From the human T2T-CHM13v2.0 reference genome, Homo sapiens, in assembly GCF_009914755.1 (NCBI RefSeq), contig NC_060928.1: a stretch of 64,000 nucleotides of DNA. One strand, 5' to 3'. The translations under genes and the position numbers were made by a program. Below the pieces are notes generated by a model. That model searched no databases and was not told where the DNA came from. It saw only the letters and a program-made list of their open reading frames with translations. Every line of letters begins with the position of its first letter. Position 1 is the stretch's first letter. Shown here in pieces: positions 15,558-30,362 of this stretch.

Positions 15558-15590
<33 letters not shown>
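15247..15590 (+). mobile_element. 5'-truncated young L1 (L1PA2-like)
   Basis: Near-consensus ORF2 end and 3'UTR with G-tract; GAG (not ACA/ACG) at the Ta diagnostic site and CTTAAAGTA; long A tail. Confidence 0.93.
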
Positions 15591-15591
<1 letters not shown>

Positions 15592-17119
15592 AACCAGTTT
15601 CCTGATTCTCATCTGGCCCAAGACTCCTTCTGAAACATCATATTGTTGGAATATAACTTCATCGGTTATGATTCATTCATTTTCCACCACCCACCAATCC
15701 AAGCATCTTAACCTCATTTCCAAGTATTGTCAAAAATGCAGACAAATGCAGACCAAATGCAGACACTGCATTGGGCTTATTTTTTCACAAACTTCAAGAA
15801 ATACCTGCAGGATTCAGCCAACCACAAGCAACATCCAGTCATTAATCTGACTCAAGGTTTTCAGTTTTTGATCTATGCCATTCTCCTCCTCAAGACCCTC
15901 CAATTCTAGGTCAAGAGAGGAAAGCAAACGTTCTCTAGAGGGTTAACAAAATGGCAAAACCAATTAGCTGCCACACACCTGTGGAATAGCTTGGTTTTTC
16001 TTTCCCAGCAATGAAAAAGTGATATGCAGAGCTCTGAGTTTTTCAAAGATGCAGGGGCTATTGACAGAAAGGAGGCAGGGGTATTTGTGGATCCCATCTG
16101 CCAGGGATGCATGTATAGAAACTGCCATTTTTTTTAACGCTTCTCAAAAATAGAATCTAGCATAAGACAATATTAGGTAATTGAGCCAAAATTCCAGGAA
16201 AGAACCAGTAAATGAAATAATTATTCTCAAAATTTTCAAACGATAATTCATGCTCAAAGTTTAGAAGGACATCCTCCTTTCTGTAAAGATGAGAACACAG
16301 AACTATTTGGTGTCTAAATTGTGAATTCTCGGTTGCAAAATGTTCAAAAAGGTCTCTTATCGATGCTATTAATCACAAATTGAACAGATCTAAGTTCCTT
16401 AAAGCAAAGACCAGACTTCTTGTTCTTTTTACTGTAATCAACCAAGGTACCGCAAACATGTCCCATACGTCATAGGTGGGCAATGTAAGTTTTCTGAATA
16501 TAAGAGAATGTATTTAGGAGTGGTCCCCTTTTTTTCCTATCTCATTCTGAGAAACTACAAAGGTTGCCTAGATAGTATCTATATGAATGGGAAAGAGGAG
16601 GACAAAGAAGTGGGGGAAGGGAGGGAAGGAGGAAGGGAGGGATTCAGGTGGGGGTTGGGGAGTACATATCACCATACAGCCTGCCTGGGGAATCTGAGTC
16701 CTCCTTTGCTATGACATCCAAAAAAGATTCAGAAATGCTGTTTGCTATTTTTTATTCACCCACAAATGTACCAGTTAACCCACTAGGCCTCGAATTCCAG
16801 CCAGTAGCTAAAATTATTTTCCTATGAGAAAAACGCTCTTGAAGCGTTAGAGGTTTCTTATCTGCAGGGTCTCTGGGAAGGTTTCCAAATTTGTTACACT
16901 ACAGAAATACTTTGGTTCTTTTTTTCCCCTTCCTCATTGCAAAATCTAAGCCTCTCGCTTGTGAAAATCTTGATTTATACCAGGTTTTTGTCCTGGGCTA
17001 GCTCCAGTTCCTTCTTTCTGGATCTACTGGTAGTTAGCGTCCATTTGTTAATGATGGTCTTTCTGCTCTTGAATTCTGGCATGTTCTAAGCATCTTCCTC
17101 CTCAAACTCATTCCATTAC

Positions 17120-17436
17120 TTTTTCTTTTTTTCTTCCTTTCTTTTTTTTTTGAGACAGGGTATTGCTCTCTGTTGCCCAGGCCGGTGGGCAGTGGCACAA
17201 ACATGGCTCACTGCAGCTTCAAACTCCTGGGCTCAAGCGATCTTCCCACCTCAGCTTCCTGAGTGGCTAGGACCACAGGTATGCACCATCACACCCAACT
17301 ATGTTTTTTGATTTTCTAGCAAGACAGGGTCTCGCCATGTTGCCTAGGCTGGGCTCAGATTCCTGGGCTCAAGCGATCCTCCTGCTTTGGCCTCCCAAAG
17401 TGCTGGGATTACAGGCATGGGCCACCGCGCCCAGCC
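17120..17436 (-). mobile_element. AluJ
   Basis: Antisense Alu; flanks ATTACTTTTTC. Confidence 0.93.
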
Positions 17437-18639
17437 TCTATTACTTTTTCTATGAAAGGAATTACTATAAATGAAAGGCCTTTGAGAGAAGACTCTGCTC
17501 ATCACACATAAATGATCCTTAGCTCTCAGAAGTGGGAATAGAGAAACATTCTTTGGAAGCAAATGAATCCGATGCTATATCAAAGTCTTCCTCACTGCTG
17601 ACAAAAATACTGACAATAATCGCCTATTTTGGCAAACATCAGTGGGACCAAGTGCATGGCTGTGTCAAGAAGTTTGTCCTAGACAGCTGTTTGTGCTTTC
17701 TTCCTCATAGAAGAAAACACTGCGTGTCTTCCTGTGTTGCAGACATGCTTTGATGAATGAACTGAGTGCATTTACCCTTCTCTTTAGAAAATATTACAGT
17801 GGGAAGTACCCAACCATGGAGCCCAAAACAGAAAGGAATTGAAAGAAAATACAGAGTTTAAAAAATTTCCTTTGAAGAATGCAACAGTACAAGTTACTTT
17901 TAAAAGCAAGAATGCAGTTTCATCATGAATTTTCCATGGGCTTTCTTTTTGTTAAGGGTAATACCTTTTTTTATCCCTCCAACCCCCCACCAACTTTCTG
18001 CTTCCATGACTAACTCATTTAAAAAAAAAATAAATTCTGCTCTGCTGATAGAACAAGAACTGAAGATTTTCTTACTGTGACTAAAGGCTACATACACTTG
18101 TACTTGGCCCAGATTTCAACTGGTCACCCTGGAAAAGCTTGACCCTCTTTTGTGGCCACTGGGTCTGTTTGAGAAATACACCTACAAGCATTGAACTAGT
18201 AAGCTATCCCTAAAAAAACAAACCATAACTGATTCACCTACCTGTCATCTGATTCAACCAACAATTGCAATGCTGTGTTTTTCACTGAGCAAAACCACGT
18301 AAAATTATATCCATACATTCATCAATAAAAATAAGATAAACAAATCATTTTTTCCCCAAAAGAAGTAAACGACATACACCCTATGGCCCAGCAATATCGA
18401 GAGTGTATGCCACATGCCTTCTCATGCAGTTCAATTAGAGGAATGTGCGGGGTGCTCCCTGTGGTACTGGGAAAATGGGGGCAACCTGCAAGTCTATCAC
18501 TCTACCAGGGGAAAGGTAAAATGTGTTGGATTCACAGAATGGAGCACCATCCAGCCACTGGAAACAATGCAGCCCATGTACACATAGCCTATGGATACAT
18601 CTCCAAAACACAGTACACGGGGGAAAATACCCACTGAAT

Positions 18640-18642
<3 letters not shown>

Positions 18643-18684
<42 letters not shown>
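18643..18684 (+). repeat. (CA)n microsatellite
   Basis: About 21 uninterrupted CA units. Confidence 0.97.
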
Positions 18685-18685
<1 letters not shown>

Positions 18686-18746
18686 CAATGCACATTGCAA
18701 GTATAGTTTTGAACAAAAAGTTACCCATTAAACACATTAGAATAGT

Positions 18747-19050
<304 letters not shown>

Positions 19051-19344
19051 TGGTTGACTATGGGTGGAAAAACGTGGCAGCTAGGTAAGGAAATAACAGC
19101 AAGTAAACAAGTAAGTCCATTAAATAAGAGGGATGCTTTGCATGCGTGGAGCAGGGATGAAAATATATCACGAATTATGACATATAATTAACTGCTTACA
19201 ATTTAAGTCCAAAACAAACTTGCATTTTTAGATTTATATATTTCCTTAACTGTAAAAATACTAATGAAAAGTCACCAAAGATACAGACATTGTTTAAATA
19301 ATTATTGGAGGGGCCCAAGGCTCTGAAAAGCCCCAAGTTCTAGA

Positions 19345-19652
19345 GCTGTGCTGTCCAATAGGGGAGTCAGTGGCCACATGGGGCTACTGAGCATATTAAA
19401 CGTGTCTAGTCCAAATTGAGATGTGCTGTCAGTATAAAACGCACATGAATTTGGAAAACAATAAAAAGGATATAAAATAATAATATTTATATGGATTCTA
19501 TGTCAAAATGATATTTTTTATATATTGAGTTAAATAAAATAGATGATTAAAATTAACCTCGTCTATTGCTTTTTACTTATTTGAATGTGGCTATTAAATA
19601 TTTAACATTAGGGATGTGGCTCACATTGTATTTCTAATGAATGGCAGTATTT
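19345..19652. mobile_element. MER33 (hAT-Charlie MITE)
   Basis: CTGTGCTGTCCAATA...GTGGCTCACATTGTATTTCTA; flanks TTCTAGAG / TTTTAGAG. Confidence 0.8.
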
Positions 19653-20229
19653 TAGAGGCTTCCAGTGAGCCAGAGGTTCAAGAGAGATTCTTTTTATAAA
19701 ATTTATTTGGAGCCTCAAATTGGAAGGTCCTGGAAAACATCATGTGGTCCCATGACTGGAAGGATACAAAACTTGTTCTGAATTAAATATTAAAATTCTA
19801 GGTAAGGAATGGCCAACAATTTTGAAGCACTCATAACGTTCTACTGCTCTCACTTTCAACACTTTTACCCTTCTCTAGAATTAATGCTGTTCTTTAGAAA
19901 TTCAAGTCCAATCCTTGAAACTAAACACAAAGAATATCCTAATATAACTCATACTGAAACTATGATTTAAATTGGAAAAAACTGATAATTTACCAATATA
20001 GATGCACAAATATGTGACTTAAGCATCTACTACTGGGAGGTGTTTTTATAATCAAAATGACCTTTGTATTAACAATTTAGAGATTATATATTCAGTAATT
20101 CCTCCCCCCTCGTTCTTTCTCTCTGTCACATGTGTACTATTTTCCTCACACTCCTTTGTATGCACGAACTGCTATGTAGTAAAGGCTGCCACACTCTTTT
20201 ATGACAAGATCCTTGCATTTTCGTCTTTG

Positions 20230-21751
20230 TGATGGCAGCGGTAGCCCATCTGGAGTGCTGCTATGATGCTGGCTGCAGTGGAGGAGGCATGGCCAGGGCT
20301 GTGGACTCCACCAGCCAGAGGGAGTTGGGAACAGGTGAATGCTGCCCCACCTTCCAAGTTGGAGGGAGGGGGGCACTACCCTCCTGGGCGCAGCTACAGC
20401 CACCCAGCTGCTAATGTGGACCCAGGCATCTCTGTACTCTTGGGGGCCTAGAAAGCCCCCTGCCCCTGCAGGCTCAGAAGTGCCTGTTCCTGCTGCCTGG
20501 CCTCTCCCCACTCCAATTTTGGAGCAGTTGTGGCTGAGCCTGGGCACTGTCACAACCTGGATGGGCATGTGCGTGCTTGAGGCAGTGCTGGCATACCAGC
20601 CCCCTGCTGCCTCAGCCCCCTCCAAACTTTGGGCACCAACAAGCACAGCAGAGAGGCTGAGGGGAGGTTAAGGGTGGCTCGGCACAGGTCTGCAGGCACC
20701 CCTCAGCATGAACAGCCTGGGCACCATGGGCACTGTGAATGGCAGGTTAATGGCGGCAGGAGGCAGATAGGCTCCTGGGCAGAAAGGGTCAGGTCCACAG
20801 TGAAACCGCACCTTCAGGCCAGGGACAACCAGAGGCCTAGGGGCTGGGCTGCCAGTTCCATGGACCAGGGTGAGAATTTATGGTGCTTTTTTAGGCCTGC
20901 CCATGGTCACTCATGGACCAGTCAGCATGCACTTCCTCCCCTCTGAAGCCCATAAAAACCCCAGGTTCAGCCAGACTCAGGCAGATGATGGGATCACCTG
21001 CCTGTGGAGAGGCGCTAACCCAGTGGGTTTCCTCTCTGCTGAGAGCTGGGCAGACAACAGGATGACCTGGCTGTGGAGAGGAGCTACCTACTGTGGGTCT
21101 CCTCTGAGCTGTTCTGTCACTCAATAAAGCACCTCTTCACCTTGCTCACCCTCTACTTGTCTGCATACCTCATTCTTCCTGGACGTAGGACAAGAACTCG
21201 GGACCTGCAGAATGGCAGGGCTGAAAGAGCTGTAACACAAACAGGGTTGAAACACGCCCCTTGCTTGCCACGTTGCAGGCAATGAGAAAAAGAGCTGCAG
21301 CCTTTTGGGGAGCCCAGGCCTAGGAGCTCCCTGAGCCAGGGCTATGACTCCCTCTTTGGGGCTCTGTGGTTCCTGGCATCTCCAAGCTTCTGGGCACCGA
21401 TGCGTTTACTGGTGCCAGCCATGGAAGTTACTTGCAGTATGCCTGGTCCAGCCACAGCCTCACAGGGAGCCAGTACCCATGCCAGCACCTGGAGCTGCCT
21501 GCCCCACCACAGCTAGGTATGCCTGGCTGTGTGCAGTGGCCGGACCCCATGCTCACTCACACAGCCCTTGCCACTCGTGTCTGGCTCACTTTTGGCAGGT
21601 GTGGGATCCAGGCTAGAAGCGTGAGCCGAGTGCAGTCTCCCAGGCCAAGTGGGTGGAATGAGCCCAGCAGGCCCGAGCAAAACTCGGGCAAAGGTGCAAC
21701 CAGCCAGAGGTTTCATGCCAGAAGAGCTACACCTCCAAGGATCCTGTGACA
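20230..21751 (+). mobile_element. MER52 solo LTR (ERV1)
   Basis: TG...CA termini (TGATGGCAGCGG...GATCCTGTGACA), 4-bp TSD TTTG, CATAAAAA at 20951, AATAAA at 21123. Confidence 0.9.
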
Positions 21752-21959
21752 TTTGTACCCCTAGCACTAAGCACAGTGCCTGGGACATAATGGTTAGACA
21801 ACAGCTACCCATCAAGTGGAAGGGAGGGCTTTTAGAGGGGTAGGCTGAGATGCTGGGTAGAAATAGAGTCCGATAATTTACATTCTTGAGATAGCTTTTA
21901 AAAAGCATAAAAAGTGCCAAACACTGAGCAGTGTTTTCACATTTCATCAACAGCAGCAG

Positions 21960-22170
21960 CCACACTAACATTTACTGAAGTTCTGACAGTGTGCCAGGCA
22001 CTGTTGTTCTAAGCACTTACTGTGTATCAGCAGCCCTTTAAGGTTGGTGTCATCTTCTCCCCATTTTACAGCAGAAACAGAGGAGGGAAGTAACTGACTA
22101 CGGTCCCAGAGCTAGTAACAGTAGGCTGGGATTTGAGCCAGGCAGTCATATACCAGAACCTATGTTCCTG
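21960..22170 (-). mobile_element. MIR
   Basis: AACATTTACTGA...GTGCCAGGCACTG...CCCCATTTTACAG...GGGATTTGAGCCAGGCAGTC. Confidence 0.8.
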
Positions 22171-22712
22171 AGTACCTATTAGTCAATATATAAAATTGTA
22201 TTTCAGAAACTGACTCCAGAAAAGTACAGTGCTCGTAGATGCATGCTCTGCTTGCTAACCTCCTTAACAGTGCCTCAGTCTACACTTTCCAGGGCCTCGC
22301 TTGGATTCAAAACTGGCTTTATGACTGCTTGTTGTGACTACAGTGCTTCCTCTAATCATACTACAGCTATTAATTTCTCATGAACATCCATTTCAACCAA
22401 TTCTTGTTCCTCTTCCTGTGCAAAGTAAGATTTCCTTTAGAATGGCACTGCATGCAATGCCCTCTTCAATATGGCTTCTCCTCTCTTTGCCATCTCATTT
22501 CCTTATGCCCCATTCCAATCCAGTATCCAAATGGACACTCACTGGTCTCACAACATGCCTTACATATCTGTATCCCTGTGCCTTTGCTGGTCCTATGGGC
22601 TGGAATCTCCTGTTTTTCTATCTGACACTAAAACTTGTTCATTCTTCAAGGGTCACTTCCTCCACAAAACTTTTCCTAATCACCCACTGTTGAAATAAAC
22701 CTGTTCCTCTCT

Positions 22713-23074
22713 TGATATGGTTTGGCTGTGTCCCCACCCAAACCTCATCTTGAATTGTAGCTCTCATAATTCCCACATGTTCTGGGAGGGACCTGGTGGG
22801 AGTTAATTGAATCATGGGGGAGGTTTCCCCCATACTGTTCTCATGGTGGTCAGTAAGTCTCACAAGGTCTGGTGGTTTTATAAGGGATTTCTCCTTTCGC
22901 TTGGCTCTCATTCTCTCTTGCCTGCTGTCATGTAAGACGTGTCTTTCGCCTTCCACCATGATTGTGAGGCCTCCCCAGCCACATGGAACTGTGAGTCCAC
23001 TAAACCTCTTTTTCTTTATCAACTACCCAGTCTCAGATATGTCTTTTTCAGCAGTGTGAAAACAGACTAATACA
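22713..23074 (+). mobile_element. THE1 solo LTR (MaLR)
   Basis: TGATATGGTTTGGCTGTGTCCCCACCCAAA...AACAGACTAATACA; 5-bp TSD TCTCT. Confidence 0.95.
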
Positions 23075-24660
23075 TCTCTGTACTACCATCTCCATTTAGA
23101 GACAAATTATTCAGGGCAAATTTCAACTTAGCATTATAGTTTCTAGTGTGACACACCCACCTCCTTTAGCTCCTACACCCTGAAGTTAAGGACCCTGAAG
23201 TTACATGTGTGAGATCCATAATAAATGCTTTTAAGAAGAAAATCTAATGAAAAGTGGAAGCTGTTTTTTGCAGGACTGTATGTACCACATTCATGAGTTT
23301 AGAATTTATTATACAGGCAACACAATGCTATCAAGAGTTTGGAGCAGGGAAATCCATATGTTTTCAGATTATTATTACTGACAACATAGACAACAGATGA
23401 GATGAAATTGTATAAGTGTAAAAAGCTATTTATCCTAACGTGTTCAAAAATTACATGTCAATAAGTGAAAATATGGAGCCAAAGTAACATATAATTATGA
23501 ATTCTGCATCCCCATTTAATTTTGCTATCAATATAAATCAGTGATTAAAAACCCAGTCCCTGGATGTTTTAAAGAGTCCTTCCTCCCAGCGTGTAACTGT
23601 TGTCATGACAACATGACTTCCAGCTGTATCTCTGTGAACAAGCTTATGTTTAAAGGGAGAGGACAAGAATCAATCAGGTTAAATAAAGAATACATTGACC
23701 AGTTTTGGATTGTAAAGGGAACATGTTTCAACCCAAGGTTACCCAATATAATATCTTTAAAATCCCTTTAAGTAATAGAATCAGGCTGGGCTTTTTCAAT
23801 CAATAAAATTGTGCTTGCATCTATATTCTTCACATATAATGATAACACATACTTAAGTGCTGTATAACAGCCCTGTAATTAGTCAGGGATTTTTCAAAAC
23901 ATATCCTGCCCTTACATGTATTGATATTACCCTAAACCTGCCTACGTCAGAGGGGATCCATCTTTTTTCTGCCCTCATCCTCATCCCTTCTACAGGATTG
24001 TTTTCTCATTAGGAAGCAACCGTTTATTCAAAGGAGATGGGGAAGAGGGATGAGGGCCCATTATCCTGGAAGTCCCTTAATCCTCCTACCCTCCCAAATC
24101 TTCTAAAAGTTGGACATCTTGGCATGACTATATAAATTAATTTGAAGATTATATGGGAACCACTAATTACTCCTTAATAAGGATCATGAATAAGTGAGAA
24201 CTTGACTTAAACGTTTATGAACAAAATGAAAGACTTCCCTTCGCATGGCACTGCACTCGATGCCCCGTTTAGTATGGTTTCAATCTCATTTTTTTTCTCA
24301 TTCTCCTCAGAATCAATTTCCTCATTTTTTCCAAGCATTGATTTTAGATTAACATTGCAACCTCTCCCCACTCCTCCTTTTTTTTTGAACCAAAGGCATT
24401 TAAACTAACTGCATTTGGGTTTTGTTTGTTTTAAGACTGAAGACAGCTTCATGCATCCATTCTACTTCAGCAATGGTCTTGCCAGTGAGACTAGAATGCT
24501 CTGACACCACGGGCTAGACTCAGAGTAGTTCTCCCGAGGGGTACTTCCTATCTCGGGACACATGAAAATGTATGGGAGTGATGGGTTCCCACAATGAGGC
24601 ACCACTGGTAGGTAGAGGCCAGGCACACTAAGTGACCTGCAATGAGCAGGTCACGTTAGT

Positions 24661-24763
24661 TAAGGGTAACCCACTGCCCTCGTTTCCTGGAACCTGGCCA
24701 GTTTTAGCACTGCAAGTCCCACAAGCCAGGAAACCCCTCAGTCCCAGGCAAACCATCACCTTA
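24661..24763 (-). mobile_element. MER81-like hAT-Blackjack MITE
   Basis: AGGGTAACC...GTTTTAGCACTGCAAGTCCC...CCCCTCAGTCCCAGGCAAACC...TCACCTTA. Confidence 0.7.
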
Positions 24764-25675
24764 AGTCCAGCAAAACCAAAGACTGTCCCTTCCCAAACAT
24801 TGGAGGGCTTCCTCTCTCTCAGACAGTACATATACATTTGCCCCTATGTCTTCTAAGAATTCTCCAAGGTCCAATAACTAAACAGTCCCCTTCTGACTGT
24901 GCCATTTATTTACAGTTTATGTCTCAAGAGAAGAAGCATTTTCCTTCATACATACTTGTAACCTTAGAAGTTCCTAGTATGGGTGAACCTTCAAGCTCGC
25001 AATGATTCCTATACCAAGGCTATGAAACATCTTCTTATTGCTCAGTAGATTTCTACCGACTGATAAACTCCAGCAAAACATAACGGGGGCTATTAACACG
25101 ATTCTTTCTTATGAGACTCGAACTCTAGGAGGAAGAAAAAAAATTAATCCTAAAATTTAAACATACTGAGAAACAAACCAGTGACTTTTTAAACCTGAAT
25201 TCTCTTATCTTTCATCTCTTTCATTAATTTTTTTACAAGTAATTTCCTCCATTACTTTTAAGCTGAGAAGGCATGTTATAGTACTGACAAGTGCAAAAAC
25301 TAAATTCTCTACTTATTCATTCGAATAAAGGACACAATAATTGAAGTGAGATCTCTAAGGATTACATTATACATCTTTATGCAGAAGCAGGAGGAGCTTT
25401 CTCTGGGAAAATGGTTAAGTCAGCTGCTTTCCATTCTCTTTAAATTTTCCCATTCTGAGGCTATTAGATAACATAACCGCTCATGGCTTCTGCAATATTT
25501 TTCCCAGAAACGTTTTCCTTATATGGTCATCAAAGGAGCACTGATCTCTATTTAGCAATAGAACTTAAGAGGCCTGAAGGAGTTAATATCTCTAATTTAG
25601 TACTAGAAAATGTTTCAAAAGTAGAGAAAGAAAACCTATCATATATCCCCTTCTTTTGACACCTTTTGAGTCTTA

Positions 25676-25709
25676 ATCTGACACCAGGTGGCAGATATTT
25701 TGCTTTAAC
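25676..25709 (+). promoter_or_regulatory. CTCF-like motif in dispersed repeat copy A
   Basis: ACACCAGGTGGCAG; 32/34 identical to 30329-30362. Confidence 0.6.
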
Positions 25710-26054
25710 ATTAAAATTAGTGAAAGTAATCCCTTAAATTCTTGATCTACATTCAAACCATTGACTTATTAATAGGTATGAAAAGCCTATAGTGCATAAT
25801 GAATCCTTTCATGTTCAGATTTGAGCTTCAACTTTAGCGCGTATCCTTACGGGACAATTAATTCATAAGAAGAGTGACCAGAGAAAACTAAAATATAATA
25901 TTTGGTTTCAATCTCTAAAATCGAACGAAAGTGCTCTCAACAAAAAATAAAATTCCCACAAATAAAAATCCACACTTAGATAAATTATAGACTATTTTTA
26001 CTGCTCAATTTTATACAGGATTAATCCAACAATCCTTTAAAATAGCAAAATCCT

Positions 26055-26434
<380 letters not shown>

Positions 26435-26975
26435 TCAGAAACTCCTAAATAGTAAATACAAGGCACTCATTCATTCATTCATGTATTCATTCATCAGTTC
26501 ATTCAATGCACATGTGCCAGGAACCAGGCATTGAACTAGGTGTTAGAAGTAAACAGAGGCAACCACACTGCTGACTTCACAAAGCTTGCAGTCCACAGGT
26601 GAAGAGTGGAATCCAGTTAGTAATTTCCAGTTACATTGAGTGTCATGAGAGAAGTAACGAATCCCATGAAGTTTTAACCCTAGTGAATACAGTTGGTGAC
26701 ATTAGACTATTAGCTCAATGAAGGCAAAGGATAGAGTCAATTTTGCTCAGTACTTATCCCCAGGGCCTGTCTAAGATTTGGCACTACAGTGAGTGCTTAA
26801 TAAGAATTTGCTAAATGAATTCCACAGCCTTAAATCTTAGACTGCAACATAAACATTTCTAGATATTTTATATCCTTAATCAGAAGTATTTGTTGAGAAC
26901 CAGTGGTATGTACAATAAACACTGTCTTACACATTAGATTCTTTCCTTCCCATAAACATATATTTGAATGACATA

Positions 26976-27020
26976 TACATACCCCTTTTATCCCAAATGT
27001 GCAGAATATTCTCCAATTTC
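26976..27020 (+). repeat. 45-bp perfect dispersed direct repeat, copy 1
   Basis: TACATACCCCTTTTATCCCAAATGTGCAGAATATTCTCCAATTTC, identical to 28832-28876. Confidence 0.95.
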
Positions 27021-27435
27021 CCTTCCAGATCGACCCTCCCTCTTTTCCACCCTGCTGTGTATCCTGAGGTAAACTCTATGGACTACATCAATGAGCTCTC
27101 TTGGCAGGTTCGACCAATAAGAGGCTCAGCAAGTGATCAGAGAGCCTGGGAAAAGAAGGTCAGGATATTAACACCCCAGCTTCCTCTCTACCATGGCACA
27201 AGTTAGCCTGGACTAGTCAGGCCATCTTCTCAAATTCACAGGTGTCAATCTAGCTCTACCTGGGTTCCAAGAACTTTCTCTTGACTTAGCCCTTCAGGCC
27301 TGGACGTGCTAATGAAAACCTGCCGCTGCCAACCCTAGAAGCCTTCCCCATACCTTGGAAGTTTTTCTTAAGTGTGCTCTCACCCCTGTGTCTCACTGGA
27401 GTCATCACCTATTTCCCACCAGGTCTCTGATTCAC
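27021..27435. mobile_element. LTR33-like ERVL LTR fragment
   Basis: CCTTCCAGATC...TCCACCCTGCTG...ATGGACTACATCAA...GAGGTCAGGATATT. Confidence 0.6.
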
Positions 27436-27453
27436 ACAGAAATGTATTACAGT

Positions 27454-28232
<779 letters not shown>

Positions 28233-28831
28233 ATAGTGAATGTACTCAGAGATACCAGAACTGTTTGAGGGTAGGGAGAAATCTTCACCACACTATACTC
28301 TCAGGTTTTAGCCCAGGGCCAAGGACACAGAAGGAGCAATACATGTGTGCTCAAACAGACCAACAAATCAGTAAACCAGTTAATAAATGGCATATACAGC
28401 TACTTTTTTAAGAGGAGAAAGATTTATAGTTTTATTATAGTAAACAGAGACTAAAAGAACAGAAGTTGCCTAACCACTTCTCTGTTATAGAATTATAAGA
28501 AGGGATGCTGAACTTACAGCTTGCCTATACATCCAATTTCAGGCATATCTAATTCCAATATCTCCATGAAGATCTGTCTGGAGAAGTAAACCTCTTTAAT
28601 CTAACATGATCAGAGAATATCTACTGAACGACTCACTACTTTGGGCTGGATTCTAACATAAATTCTGAGAATACACAGTAAGAATGGCATACAGTCGCTG
28701 CCTTTAAGGAACTCACATTTCTAGTGGAGCCAAAGCAACCTTACATTACAAATGCCGAGGGGCATGTGCATTGATGCTCATTGATCATTTCTCTGCTTTA
28801 TTAAAAAAAGTGCTCAAAACATGATTTTACT

Positions 28832-28876
28832 TACATACCCCTTTTATCCCAAATGTGCAGAATATTCTCCAATTTC
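28832..28876 (+). repeat. 45-bp perfect dispersed direct repeat, copy 2
   Basis: Identical to 26976-27020. Confidence 0.95.
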
Positions 28877-28894
28877 TGCTACAACTGCTAACTG
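28835..28894 (-). other. Candidate small (about 60 nt) exon
   Basis: Minus strand: GTGTCTCTTGTTGTAG|CAG acceptor and GTAT|GTAAGT donor. Confidence 0.3.
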
Positions 28895-29655
28895 CTACAA
28901 CAAGAGACACTTCAACCCTTTGTCTCTACCACTGCTAACTGACATGTCCTTTCAGCATTTAGGGTTTGGTCTGGGTCCCTCTCCTTCCTCCCCACCCCAA
29001 TGCTAGGCTATCACTCCCTAATACCAGAGGGCTTGGTTCTATCAGCTTATTTTTTCTGCTGATCCGTCCTCCCACCATCCACTCTCTTCTAACCCACTGC
29101 AAATAATGTCTTGTCAACTATGAAACCATGTTAGAAATGTACATAAATCCGAGTAAACAGGCCTTGAGTAAGGGCCCAGAGAGTCTTCAATAAGTGAATT
29201 GAACGTGTTCCAGTATATGGACAACAGGGAATCTATCTTTGGTTTCTCAAAAGGCTTTCACCCTTTTTTTGGCTTCAAATTACTAATCCAGTTCTCCCCT
29301 CACTCCCCTGCACCACAGTGCTTTTCTATGTTGAGTACTAATCACAACCATTTTTGTCTAATTTTGTGTTTAATTATTGTCTGACTTCTGCAATAGAATT
29401 TCAGCTCCTTGAGGCTATAAACCTCATGGACGTATCATTAGCACAATCCCTGGTACATGCTGCACGTTATTAATAAATATCTTCCTCTTCTAACATTTAT
29501 GAGTCCTTACTGCCCCAGGCACTGTATGAAATACTCCACATGCTTTATCTCATATAATCTTAGAGTTGGCCTAGCAAGAGAACCATCACGTCATGATGCC
29601 TTCCCTACAGTGCACACAAACAGCTTTCAGGTAAATAAAGAATTTAAATGTAGTA

Positions 29656-29660
<5 letters not shown>

Positions 29661-29694
<34 letters not shown>
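29661..29694 (+). repeat. (AC)n microsatellite
   Basis: About 17 units. Confidence 0.97.
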
Positions 29695-29696
<2 letters not shown>

Positions 29697-30328
29697 CAAC
29701 CACTCTACTTTCCCCTATATAAACCTCATTCTCTACAAAAACAGAGAACAAATTCTCTACTGATTTCTTATTTCTTAACCCAGGACTTGGATTAACTGAT
29801 TCTAGGGACTCTCATGAATACCTTCATTCTCATTTAATCCAAACCAGTAAATTTACATTACTCAAATGCTTTTTTTTTCTTTTTTTCCCCACACAATATA
29901 GAAATATGGAAATATTCAAAGACTTTTATTAAATGAATTTTTATCCTTCTTTCTGGCCAAAAATATTAGGAAAACTATCTGCAGTATGAAGATTTATACA
30001 AACTCATAAAATATTAATAATGTTTAAGGCTATTTTTGTTTCACATAAAACCTTCATTATTTCTCTCCTCTATAAAATTCAGTGCTACAGAGTTAATAGC
30101 ATATAGAAAATTTACTAAAATTAGACTTTAATTTCAAATTATTATTTAGACATGAAAAAAACCAACAATGTTGAATATAAGCCAAAAATCCCAGTTTCAT
30201 AGCAGCGAGTGGCAAGTTTAAAATGGTGCTTATTTTTAATTTTATGTGCAATGTATAATTTACTGTAAAAACTAAATCATATAATTAATGGAACTCACTA
30301 TGAGAATTAGCTAAGATGCTAGTTGTTG

Positions 30329-30362
30329 ATCTGACACCAGGGGGCAGACATTTTGCTTTAAC
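30329..30362 (+). promoter_or_regulatory. CTCF-like motif in dispersed repeat copy A'
   Basis: ACACCAGGGGGCAG close to the CTCF core consensus. Confidence 0.65.

Noticed and set aside
15199-15621. 140-aa minus-strand ORF
   Set aside because: Antisense of the L1 3'UTR and poly(A)
18236-18300. Minus-strand CAG|GTAGGT donor
   Set aside because: No convincing partner acceptor or promoter; such hexamers occur by chance
20146-21971. Cluster of 60-166 aa ORFs
   Set aside because: Almost entirely within the GC-rich MER52 LTR, where stops are rare
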